Assembly: GCA_020073015.1 (NCBI GenBank) | Contig: JAIQFZ010000009.1 | Span: 73 to 64,072, forward strand | From: Terriglobia bacterium | GTDB lineage: Bacteria; Acidobacteriota; Terriglobia; Terriglobales; Acidobacteriaceae | DNA: 64,000 bases | Reading direction: 5' to 3' | Shown here: in pieces, positions 25,577-33,862 of the stretch | Layout: each line of letters opens with the position of its first letter | Numbering within the stretch: position 1 is the first letter of the stretch | The notes under the pieces: model-generated | What the model was told of the DNA's origin: nothing | Seen by the model: the letters and a program-made list of their open reading frames with translations, nothing else | The model's database searches: none | Made by a program: the position numbers and the translations under genes

Positions 25577-25768
25577 AGTTCCCTCGTATCGGGAAAAAGC
25601 CCGATAGGCCAGGAGGAGTTGCTATTGTAAACGACAGATGAACGATTGTGTAAAGCAATCGGCGTAAACGCCATTACGGAAGAAAGTTACTGGTAATGGT
25701 TACTGGAGTAGGTTTCAGGTGTCAGGGCTCAGCTTCTGGGAAAGACCCCGAAACGACGTTGAAAGACG

Positions 25769-25810
25769 TCCAACACCCAAAGCCGAGCGCCAAGAGCCCA
25801 AAGCCGACGG
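25769..25810. repeat. Degenerate heptanucleotide tandem array next to the sdhB stop
   Basis: The plus strand reads CCCAAAG CCGAGCG CCAAGAG CCCAAAG CCGACGG (period 7). It ends 1-2 nt before the TAG at 25812-25814. Confidence 0.65.
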
Positions 25811-25811
25811 C

Positions 25812-26564
25812 CTATTTTCGGAACAAATCGCCGACCGCCTGCTTCATCACCTGCCCGCCGACTTCGGAGATGGACTTGGTCAGCGGGATGTCCTTCGGGC
25901 AGATCTCCACGCAGTTCTGGGCGTAGCCGCATTCCTGGATGCCGCCGTCTCCCATCAGGGCCGACAGCCGTTCGCGCTTCAGGGCCTGGCCCGTGGGATG
26001 CGTGTTGAACAGGCGCACTTGCGAGATGGTGGCGGCGCCCACGAATCCGGTGTCTTCGTTGAATTGCGGGCAGGCTTCCATGCAGCAGCAGCAGGAGATG
26101 CAGCGCGAGAGCGGATAGGCCTCTTCCTGGGCCTCGGCAGTCAAGCGCGGGCCGGAGCCGAGGTCGTAGGTGCCGTCAACCGGGACCCAGGCTTTCACCT
26201 TCTTCAGGTTCTCGAAGATCACGCTGCGGTCCACCGACAGATCGCGCACAACGGGAAACTTCGAAAATGGCTCGAGCTTAATGGGCTGATCGAGTTGATC
26301 GAGCAGGGCAGAGCAGGCCATGCGCGCTCGGCCGTTGATCAGCATGGCGCAGGAGCCGCAGACCTCTTCCAGGCAATTCGAATCGTAGGTGATGGGCGTG
26401 GTCTTCTTGCCGTCGCGCGTGACGGGGTTGGCCGCGATCTCCATCAGCGCCGAAGTGACGTTCATGTTCGGCTTGTAGGGGATCTCGAATTCTTCCCACG
26501 TCGGCTTGGCGTCGGGGGTGAGTTGGCGTTTGATTTTGATGATGACGGTCTTGTTGTTAGCCAT
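25812..26564 (-). CDS. sdhB: Succinate dehydrogenase/fumarate reductase iron-sulfur subunit
   Basis: CLEEVCGSCAM, CISCCCCMEACP and CGYAQNCVEICP cysteine clusters. Confidence 0.9.
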   Translation of the reverse strand: MANNKTVIIKIKRQLTPDAKPTWEEFEIPYKPNMNVTSALMEIAANPVTRDGKKTTPITYDSNCLEEVCGSCAMLINGRARMACSALLDQLDQPIKLEPFSKFPVVRDLSVDRSVIFENLKKVKAWVPVDGTYDLGSGPRLTAEAQEEAYPLSRCISCCCCMEACPQFNEDTGFVGAATISQVRLFNTHPTGQALKRERLSALMGDGGIQECGYAQNCVEICPKDIPLTKSISEVGGQVMKQAVGDLFRK

Positions 26565-26592
26565 TAGCTTCTAGCCTTTAGCTCCTAGCTCA
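26565..26592. repeat. Degenerate heptanucleotide tandem array immediately upstream of the sdhB start
   Basis: TAGCTTC TAGCCTT TAGCTCC TAGCTCA (period 7). Confidence 0.7.
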
Positions 26593-26594
26593 AA

Positions 26595-26700
26595 CTTTGT
26601 CATTCAGCTCAAATTTGTCATTCTGAGCGAAGCGAAGAACCTATGCACTCTGCTGATACCGACAAAATGCATGGGTCCTTCGCTTCGCTCAGGATGACAG
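26595..26700. repeat. Family C inverted-repeat element in the sdhA-sdhB spacer
   Basis: TGTCATTCTGAGCGAAGCGAAGAACC (26616-26641) pairs with GGTCCTTCGCTTCGCTCAGGATGACA (26674-26699); 24 of 26 positions pair. A partial extra arm lies at 26595-26610. Confidence 0.85.
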
Positions 26701-26721
26701 CCTATTTTTCGCTCCGCGCTC

Positions 26722-28488
26722 TCAATACTTCCTCGGCCGCGGCGGAATCAGCCCCGCATCCACCGGCTCAAACTCAAACTTCGGCTCGTCGGCATCGGGC
26801 GCGAACGTTGCCTTCGTTGTTTTCATCCAGTTCTTGTCGTCGCGCTCGGGGAAGTCCGGCTTGTAATGCGAGCCGCGCGACTCGTCGCGCATGGCCGCAC
26901 CCTGCGCGATCACTCGCGACAGCTGCAACATGTTGTAGAGCTGGCGCGCGAACGCCACGGTCGTATTCGCCCACTGCGAGCGGTCGCTCAGGTTGATCTT
27001 CTGGAAGCGTTGCAGTAGTTCCAGCACTTTGGCGTCCGCTGCCTGACACTTCTTGTTGTAGCGGATGACCGTGCAGTTCGCGGTCATGACTTCGCCCAGT
27101 TCGCGCCAGAGCAGGAAAGGATTCTCGTTGCCGTCGGCGCTCATCAGACCGGCATTGATTTCTTGCTGACGCTTGCGCTCGGCGTCGAAGTGGCCGTTGC
27201 CGGGCGCGGCTTGGAGGTTTTTCGCGTACTGCACGGCATTGGGCCCAGAGACGAACCCGCCAAAAATGCACGAGACCAGCGAATTGGCACCCAACCGGTT
27301 GGCACCGTGGTACTGGTATTCGCATTCGCCAGCAGCAAAAACGCCCGGGATGTTCGTCGACTGCTTGTAGTCCACCCAGAGTCCGCCCATGGTGTAGTGC
27401 ATGCCCGGGAAAATCTTCATGGGCACGTCGCGCGGGTCGTCGCCCACAAACTTTTCGTAAATCTCCAGGATGCCTTCAAGCTTGCGGTCGAGAGTCTTGC
27501 GGTCGATGTGGGTGAGGTCGAGGTACACCATCGGTTTGCCGTCGATGCCGAGGTTATGCTCGAACACCACTTTGAAAATGGCGCGCGTAGCGACGTCGCG
27601 CGGCACCAGGTTGCCGTATTTCGGATACCACTCTTCGAGGAAGTACCAGCGCTCATTCTGCGGGATGGACTTGGGATCGCGTTTGTCGCCCGGAGTTTTG
27701 GGAACCCAGACGCGTCCGCCTTCGCCGCGCGCCGATTCCGACATCAGGCGCAGCTTATCTTCGCCGGGGATGCAGGTAGGATGCACTTGGATGAACTCGC
27801 CGTTCGCGTAGTAGCAGCCCTGCTGGTAGAGCGCGGACTGCGCCGATCCCGTGCACACGACCGAGTTTGTGGACTTGCCAAAGATGGCGCCACAGCCGCC
27901 GGTGGCAATGATGACGGCATCGGCGGGGAAAGTTCGGATCTCCATGGTGCGCAGGTCCATGGCACAGATGCCGCGGGCGACGCGCGTTCCGTCGAGTACA
28001 GCGGAGAGAAACTCCCAGTGCTCGAATTTCTTGACCTTACCCTCGGCCTCAAAGCGGCGCACCTGCTCATCGAGCGCGTAGAGCAGTTGCTGGCCGGTAG
28101 TGGCGCCGGCGAAGGCGGTGCGGTTGTAGAGCGTTCCTCCAAAACGGCGGAAGTCCAGCAGTCCCTCGGGAGTGCGGTTGAACGGAACGCCCATGCGGTC
28201 GAGCAGATCGATGATGCCGGGGGCAGCGTCGCACATGGCTTTGACGGGCGGCTGGTTGGCGAGGAAGTCGCCGCCGTAGATGGTGTCGTCGAAGTGCTGC
28301 CAGGTGGAGTCGCCCTCGCCCTTCAAATTCTTGGCCGCGTTGATGCCGCCCTGTGCACAAACTGAGTGCGAGCGCTTGACCGGGACGATCGAGAACAGGT
28401 CAACCTCGCCGCCCATTTCCGCGATTTTGATGACGGCGGCGAGGCCGGCGAGGCCGCCACCTACGACGATGATTTTCGGAGCTGCCAT
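26722..28488 (-). CDS. sdhA: Succinate dehydrogenase/fumarate reductase flavoprotein subunit
   Basis: VVGGGLAGLAA FAD-binding fold, the covalent-FAD region RSHSVCAQGGINAA, HYTMGGLWVD and RGSHY motifs. Confidence 0.9.
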   Translation of the reverse strand: MAAPKIIVVGGGLAGLAAVIKIAEMGGEVDLFSIVPVKRSHSVCAQGGINAAKNLKGEGDSTWQHFDDTIYGGDFLANQPPVKAMCDAAPGIIDLLDRMGVPFNRTPEGLLDFRRFGGTLYNRTAFAGATTGQQLLYALDEQVRRFEAEGKVKKFEHWEFLSAVLDGTRVARGICAMDLRTMEIRTFPADAVIIATGGCGAIFGKSTNSVVCTGSAQSALYQQGCYYANGEFIQVHPTCIPGEDKLRLMSESARGEGGRVWVPKTPGDKRDPKSIPQNERWYFLEEWYPKYGNLVPRDVATRAIFKVVFEHNLGIDGKPMVYLDLTHIDRKTLDRKLEGILEIYEKFVGDDPRDVPMKIFPGMHYTMGGLWVDYKQSTNIPGVFAAGECEYQYHGANRLGANSLVSCIFGGFVSGPNAVQYAKNLQAAPGNGHFDAERKRQQEINAGLMSADGNENPFLLWRELGEVMTANCTVIRYNKKCQAADAKVLELLQRFQKINLSDRSQWANTTVAFARQLYNMLQLSRVIAQGAAMRDESRGSHYKPDFPERDDKNWMKTTKATFAPDADEPKFEFEPVDAGLIPPRPRKY

Positions 28489-28525
28489 CTTGTATGAGTC
28501 CGATCTGCCGGGCTGCGCCCGGTCG

Positions 28526-29257
28526 TTACTTCATTACGATATTTTCCGACGAGTCCGGAGGGTGATACGGAACCTTCAGGAATCCATACATGCTGGCTGC
28601 GCCGATGGACACCAGGCCAAGCGCCAACAACAGGCAAACATAGCCAAAGCGGCGGCGCGCCTTCTCGCCGGTGGTAATGCCCCACTTGGCGGCGAACAGC
28701 CACAGCCCGTAGCAGAAGTGCCAGGAAGCGGCGATGATGCCGACCGCGTAGAAAGCGATCATCCACGGGTTCTGGAATTCTCCCTGCACCTTGACGAACG
28801 CGAGATCCGGACGCGTAGGCAGGTGCCAGCCAGTGAAGCGCAGGTAATAAGTATGCTGCGCAATGTAGACAAGGGCGATGATGCCGGTCCAACGCTGGGC
28901 CGTGTAGAGCCAGTTGCCCGTCCAGGGATAGTCGCCGACGTTGCTATCGCCGCGCCACCAAATGACGATCCCGTAGGTAGCGTGATAGAGAATCGGAATC
29001 CAGATGCCGAACAACTCGAGTCCGACTACGAACGGCAGGCTGTTCAGAAACGCGACTTGCTTGCCATAGGCCTCCGCGCCCTTGAAGGCCTCCATGTTCG
29101 AGATGAAGTGTTCGAGAAGAAAGAGTCCGATGGGAACGATGCCAGTGAGGGAATGCAAACGGCGCAGCAGGAACGAGTAACCTTCACCGGCGCGCAGGGG
29201 AGCGACGCCGGGCTTGATCTTTGGAACTGGAGCGACAGAACTGGCTGATGACGCCAC
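28526..29257 (-). CDS. sdhC: Succinate dehydrogenase cytochrome b subunit (b558, single-subunit anchor type)
   Basis: Five hydrophobic helices with conserved His residues. GTG 29257 lies 8 nt after AAGGAG. The ORF-track start at 29425 reads through a REP element (MWRGHSCPR...). Confidence 0.75.
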   Translation of the reverse strand: MASSASSVAPVPKIKPGVAPLRAGEGYSFLLRRLHSLTGIVPIGLFLLEHFISNMEAFKGAEAYGKQVAFLNSLPFVVGLELFGIWIPILYHATYGIVIWWRGDSNVGDYPWTGNWLYTAQRWTGIIALVYIAQHTYYLRFTGWHLPTRPDLAFVKVQGEFQNPWMIAFYAVGIIAASWHFCYGLWLFAAKWGITTGEKARRRFGYVCLLLALGLVSIGAASMYGFLKVPYHPPDSSENIVMK

Positions 29258-29346
29258 GATGACAGCTCCTTGCGTGGTCGGATGTGAAAACTTTCCATTA
29301 TCAGTGTGCACGGCGGCATGCGTCAAGCGAAGTAGCGCCGGCAAGC

Positions 29347-29425
29347 GTGTAGCGCGGACACTCCCGTCCGCGCCCGCATGCAGTGCGAGTGTGCCGACAC
29401 GCGGACAAGAGTGTCCGCGCCACAC
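29347..29425 (+). repeat. REP family A, full two-hairpin element (~79 bp)
   Basis: GTGTAGCGCGGACACTCCCGTCCGCGCC...spacer...GACACGCGGACAAGAGTGTCCGCGCCACAC. It lies upstream of sdhC. Confidence 0.85.
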
Positions 29426-29481
29426 GGCACCGTCGCGGGTGGGGGCGGAGAAACGCCTCTACCGACCACCGGGGCCCGGCG

Positions 29482-30105
29482 CTACGCCTGTTGCTGGTAC
29501 CACGACAGGAACATTCGAAACGCGGCACCGCGATGGCTGTACTGCGCCTTCTCCTCTGCGCTCAGTTCGGCGAAAGTCTTGCCGATCTGCGGGAAGTAGA
29601 ACAATGGGTCGTATCCGAAGCCATGCTGGCCTCGCGGGGCTTCCAGAATAACGCCTTCGGCAGTGCCGCGGAAGGTTTGGAGTGTCCGGCCGTCTTTAGC
29701 GACGGCGATTACGCAGACAAACCGAGCGGCACGGTCTTCGTGCGGAACATTTCCTAACTCGCGCAGGACACGCGCGTTGTTGGCTTCGTCATCCGTGTTG
29801 CTCTCCGCCGCGTGCGGCTCCTCAGCAGCATAGCGCGCGGAATGAATGCCGGGCGCTCCACCGAGCGCGTCGATCTCCAGGCCCGAGTCGTCGGCAAGAA
29901 CGAGTTCTCCTGGCGCTGCCAAACTGTAGGCTTCGGCTTTCTTGCGCGCGTTGGCCTCGAAGGTGGTGCCGTCTTCGACGACTGGGGGCAGGGAAGAGAA
30001 GCCAGGAATGCCGGCGATGGTGATGGCGTAAGCCGCAGCCGCTCCCGCGAAATCGCGGAGTTTACCGGGATTGGACGTCGCGATTAGAACCGTACGTGCG
30101 GTCAT
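29482..30105 (-). CDS. rdgB: RdgB/HAM1 non-canonical purine NTP pyrophosphatase
   Basis: MTARTVLIATSNPGKLRDF..., DDSGLEIDALGGAPGIHSARY and FGYDPLF motifs. ATG 30105 overlaps the upstream stop (ATGA). Confidence 0.85.
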   Translation of the reverse strand: MTARTVLIATSNPGKLRDFAGAAAAYAITIAGIPGFSSLPPVVEDGTTFEANARKKAEAYSLAAPGELVLADDSGLEIDALGGAPGIHSARYAAEEPHAAESNTDDEANNARVLRELGNVPHEDRAARFVCVIAVAKDGRTLQTFRGTAEGVILEAPRGQHGFGYDPLFYFPQIGKTFAELSAEEKAQYSHRGAAFRMFLSWYQQQA

Positions 30106-31766
30106 GCGGTTGCGCTCGTGATGTTCTGAGCACGAGTTTTGATCCAGGCTGCGAGCAGCAGAATCAAACTGATTACTGAGACGATGTCCCCGATAGTGCG
30201 ATCGAGAGTGCGACCGAAGTGAATGCGCACGTCGCTTTGTCCCGCGGTGACGGGGATGAGCATCTGGCCGGTCACGTCCATGGTTCCAGCTTGCACTGGT
30301 CGACCATTCACCGCGACCTCCCACGCCGGATAGTTAAAAAGCCGCAGAGTCAGATTTTCCGGCTGCGAAACGTGGACGATGAAGTGCTTTTCGATGGGCC
30401 CCCAGTTGATTATTTGTGCGGGAACTGCTGTTCCGGAGGGGGCGGTGACCCGCGGCAGATTCTGGTTCACCTCGTACGGGTCGGCGCCGGCGGGAACATA
30501 TTCGTCAATGCCCTCGTTGCCAGTGCCGCTGGACATCGCCTCGCTCATTTCCAGAATGTCGCTGGCATTATCCCACCAGGGTGCCTGGAGGCGATGGCCA
30601 ACCATGAAGAGCACGGCGAGCAAGGCAGCCGCGGCCAGCGCACGGGTGAGCCAACGCCGGGTCGACATCGCCAGCAACAAGGCCAGCGCAGCATTCAGAC
30701 AAAGCAGCCAGCGAAAGGGAAGCTGGACAAAACGGAACTTGGGTAGATACTGCCAAACCGGATTGCTGATCGAGAACATCACCAGGGTCGTGACGCCTCC
30801 CCAGGCAGAAAGCAGCAACCAGAACGGCTCCTTCTTCAATCGTGCAGCGTGCGAGCGCCATATTGCCAACACCATGATTCCGATTTCAGCCAGAGCCACA
30901 TACGACACCAGCAAGTTAAAGCGATTGTGATCCACGTCCGCAATCGTGGTGAAAAGAAAGTTGTCCTGTGGCCGGACCCCGAGTGCGAGCACCTCGCCGA
31001 TGTTGATCCATTTCTCTTCGAGAATTGCGGGCAACAGGTAGAACGATGCCAGCCCAATCCCAAGTGCAATGGCCAGACCCGTCCGCGTGAGCATCCGCCA
31101 CGATCGTTCGCGCACGGCGAGCAGGACGGCCAGACCCGCCGCAGAGTAGTGAATCATCACGGCCGCGGGAGCGTTGGTGAGCCAAGCCGCGGCAAGAATC
31201 AGGCCCAACCCAAGCACAGGGCGGGAGCCAGGCTCACGCAGCCGCAGAAGGGCGGCCACCAGCAGTGGCAACAGGGCAGCGGCCGACAGCTCCGCATAAG
31301 CACTGCGCCAGTAGACGATCACCAGGTGATAGGGATTCACCGCATAAAAGGCCGCGGCAAACAGCGCGTCCCTCGCGGGCAGCCACTCGCGGGCCAGGCG
31401 ATACATGGATGCTCCCGCAAGCATGAGCGCAATCCAGCAATATGCACCGGGCACCAGCTTCCAGGGAAGAATCGCCCCGAGCGCCGCTCCCAGCGTCCAG
31501 GAGGCTGGTGGATAGAACAGGAAACGCGCCTCGCCATATCCCCAATGCGCTAGCGCCGCCCATCGCGGATACACAATACCTAGCTTCCACTGGCCGAGGA
31601 CTTCCATCCAGGAGAACATGTGGAACTCGAAATCATGGCCGGAAGGAATTCCTTGCCAGAAAAACGGGGTGAGGGCGAGAAAGCAGACTCCAGCCAGCAC
31701 GAGGGCATGCGAAATGGAAATCCTGATCGATGAAGGTGGCATGAACCGGGTGTGCGCGGCTCCCAA
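30102..31766 (-). CDS. Polytopic membrane protein, GT-C-like (PTPS-related / family-39-like glycosyltransferase fold class)
   Basis: About 12 hydrophobic segments, then a soluble C-terminal domain. The N-terminal GIPSGHDFEFHMFSWMEV...YPRWAALAHWGYGEARFLFYPP resembles the membrane PTPS-related protein family. Confidence 0.55.
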   Translation of the reverse strand: MGAAHTRFMPPSSIRISISHALVLAGVCFLALTPFFWQGIPSGHDFEFHMFSWMEVLGQWKLGIVYPRWAALAHWGYGEARFLFYPPASWTLGAALGAILPWKLVPGAYCWIALMLAGASMYRLAREWLPARDALFAAAFYAVNPYHLVIVYWRSAYAELSAAALLPLLVAALLRLREPGSRPVLGLGLILAAAWLTNAPAAVMIHYSAAGLAVLLAVRERSWRMLTRTGLAIALGIGLASFYLLPAILEEKWINIGEVLALGVRPQDNFLFTTIADVDHNRFNLLVSYVALAEIGIMVLAIWRSHAARLKKEPFWLLLSAWGGVTTLVMFSISNPVWQYLPKFRFVQLPFRWLLCLNAALALLLAMSTRRWLTRALAAAALLAVLFMVGHRLQAPWWDNASDILEMSEAMSSGTGNEGIDEYVPAGADPYEVNQNLPRVTAPSGTAVPAQIINWGPIEKHFIVHVSQPENLTLRLFNYPAWEVAVNGRPVQAGTMDVTGQMLIPVTAGQSDVRIHFGRTLDRTIGDIVSVISLILLLAAWIKTRAQNITSATA

Positions 31767-31968
31767 GAAACAGACGGCGATCGCCCGCCGGACGCGTCAG
31801 CAATTCTAATGGCAGCCGGGAATTCGCGGGAAATTAACCGTAGCGCAATCAAACAGGGTAGGGATTTGAGTTAGGGTCTGGTCATCGAGGTGGAACAGAC
31901 CGCCGGGGATTGGACCGCATCAGTGACGGAATGAGGTCCGGTTCCCGGTTTTTGTTTGCGAAGCCATA

Positions 31969-32098
31969 ATTCACCACAGAATCACAGAGGGAAAGCAGAG
32001 CCTAGCTCTTGTTGGCTGCGTCCAGTGACGACGCCCATCCTCGAACCAGTGAGACAGAAGAAGGTCTTTCTCTGTGACTCTGTGTCTCTGGGGTGAGA
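31969..32098. repeat. Family B long-hairpin (MITE-like) element
   Basis: The left arm ATTCACCACAGAATCACAGAGGGAAAGCAGAG pairs with the right arm TCTTTCTCTGTGACTCTGTGTCTCTGGGGTGAGA. Confidence 0.75.
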
Positions 32099-32134
32099 TT
32101 TGCGGCGTGCTTGCGACACTGAACCGCCGGGGGA

Positions 32135-33271
32135 CTACTGCGCTACTTCGGCGGAACCGCGCTGGCGGTGAAGCTGCGCGAGAAAATCCAGCTCGTCGAG
32201 CGCATCGCCGCTGCGCAGAAGTTCAAGAAGGGGGTCGTCGAGGTCAGTGCCAGCGCTCAATACAGGGTTGAGCTCTTCGGCGCTCGCACGAAGTGCACGA
32301 GGCGAGCTTTCCAATTCGGGCGTCGCTCCGGGACGGCTGGTCAGAAACTCGATGAAGTCGCCCACACTCTTGCGTTGCTCTGCGGTCCGTGCGGGAAATT
32401 CAATTCCCATGCCGCGACCGGGATGCATGACCCGAACTAACCCCTCCGTGTGGATCTCCATCCCAGCCGCTCGCAGGCACAGATCCACGGCCGAGGACTG
32501 CGGGAAGGGAGACTGGGTTTCGACATAGCATCCCCCCAGGCTGAGGTCGGTCAGTTTGCATGAGCAAACCGAATCCGGTTCCTCCGGCAGAGCCTCGTGA
32601 GAATGGCTGGTGAGCCACTCGCGAAGTTGCTCGCGTACCTTGGGATCCATATCCAGAAAGCGCAGTCCGGTTTGTCCGTTGGGGCTTCCCCATGCGACCT
32701 CGGCGTCGCCTTCGAGAATGATGCCGCTCTCGGGAAGCTCAAACGTAAAGCGAACCAGCGCCGCGGAGGGCAGAGGTTTGGCCGCCAGAACATCCATGCC
32801 ACCGTTGCTGAGGTCGAGAAGAATCCCCTCCAGGACAGTGCTGTCGTCCATCCGGATCGAAATGGCAGCTTGGACGGCCACGCGGAACGATTGCCGCCGC
32901 TCCCGTTTCAGCAAGGCGGTGGAGGCGCGCAAAGTGCTCTCCGCTTGTTCCGGGCTGATCGGTTTGGTGAGAATGAAGTGGGCGCCCGAGCCGAGAATGC
33001 TCCGAATCTGCGAAGCATCGTGCACCAAGGCGACGGTGACGGGAGCAGTGCGATCGGGACCGGGCTGGCGGCAAGCTTCGAGGAGGGCAGCAGCAGTTTC
33101 CGGATCGTCGAAGTCCACGATGACCTGGTCGAAGCGCTCTTCCGCCAACCGGGCCTGCGCGACGTCAGCCGCGCTGGACCGATCGACGGCGACGCCGAAT
33201 TGCGCCAACGCCTGGATCAGTGTCTCCGCGGCCTGATCATCCTTGGAAACCAGCAGTGCCTGCAAAATCAT
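32135..33271 (-). CDS. Receiver-domain protein with two PilZ-like domains
   Basis: The N-terminal REC-like region contains ALLVSKDD, VIVDFDD and FILTKP. The first PilZ-like domain has RERRQSFRV and DLSNGGMDV. The second has TDLSLGGCYVE but no clear RxxxR motif. Confidence 0.7.
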   Translation of the reverse strand: MILQALLVSKDDQAAETLIQALAQFGVAVDRSSAADVAQARLAEERFDQVIVDFDDPETAAALLEACRQPGPDRTAPVTVALVHDASQIRSILGSGAHFILTKPISPEQAESTLRASTALLKRERRQSFRVAVQAAISIRMDDSTVLEGILLDLSNGGMDVLAAKPLPSAALVRFTFELPESGIILEGDAEVAWGSPNGQTGLRFLDMDPKVREQLREWLTSHSHEALPEEPDSVCSCKLTDLSLGGCYVETQSPFPQSSAVDLCLRAAGMEIHTEGLVRVMHPGRGMGIEFPARTAEQRKSVGDFIEFLTSRPGATPELESSPRALRASAEELNPVLSAGTDLDDPLLELLRSGDALDELDFLAQLHRQRGSAEVAQ

Positions 33272-33303
33272 TCGAACCGAGCCTCCCGCCCTATTTCCGC
33301 GCT

Positions 33304-33561
33304 CTACGGCCAGCGCGGAGTTGTGCGCGCCGGCTTGGGTGCGGCAGCCGAGGGCTGGGCGCTGGCCTTGGCGGCCATCGCATTCGAGTTTTCTTCCTCG
33401 ACTTCCGACAAGACGACAGCATCGTCTTCGGCTTCGACTTCGGCCAGCAGCGGCGCAACTTCCCGCAGTTTCTCAGCCGCTTGCTGCAACATTTCGATCT
33501 GCTTGCCCAACTGTGCGTACTGCGCCTGCTTGCGGCGCAACACCTCATGGATATCCTTCAT
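33304..33561 (-). CDS. Small coiled-coil hypothetical protein
   Basis: ATG 33561 follows AGGGGG. It has heptad-like sequence (LRRKQAQYAQLGKQIEMLQQAAEKLREV) and an acidic tail. It lies 32 nt upstream of the REC-PilZ gene. Confidence 0.45.
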   Translation of the reverse strand: MKDIHEVLRRKQAQYAQLGKQIEMLQQAAEKLREVAPLLAEVEAEDDAVVLSEVEEENSNAMAAKASAQPSAAAPKPARTTPRWP

Positions 33562-33796
33562 ACAACCCCCTGCGCCTGAATGTAGGTTTGGGCGGCAGTA
33601 ACGTCAACGGTAATCCCCCTCTGCGCCATTACGCCGGTAACGCGTTGCGACTCTCCGAGTAAGGGCGACGAGAACTCCACACCAACGCACTCGCCGAGGA
33701 AGGCGCCCATCAAATGACAGTTCGATGCAGGATCGTAACGCGTGGGGGTGGGTCGGCCCGGTCTGAAGGAGACGTAGGGTGGGTGCCGAAGAGATC

Positions 33797-33820
33797 AAAA
33801 GCCCCGCCTTTCGGCGGGGC
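33797..33820 (-). terminator. Rho-independent terminator of the PEP-CTERM gene
   Basis: GCCCCGCC-TTTC-GGCGGGGC perfect 8-bp stem at 33801-33820. On the minus strand it is followed by TTTTGATC. It lies 43 nt downstream of the stop at 33863. Confidence 0.75.
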
Positions 33821-33862
33821 CATGAGTTGAGTGTCGTTGTACCGGAAGCGGCCAGACTTCGA

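Noticed and set aside
28526-29425. N-terminal extensions of ORF-track entries. Examples are the sdhC ORF from 29425, the DUF1801 ORF from 21565, mdh from 19408, rdgB from 30324, the permease from 37630, asd from 51627, 9402 and 11080.
   Set aside because: The extensions read through REP hairpins (giving peptides such as MWRGHSCPR) or overlap the preceding gene. Internal starts with Shine-Dalgarno motifs give N-termini that match the protein families.
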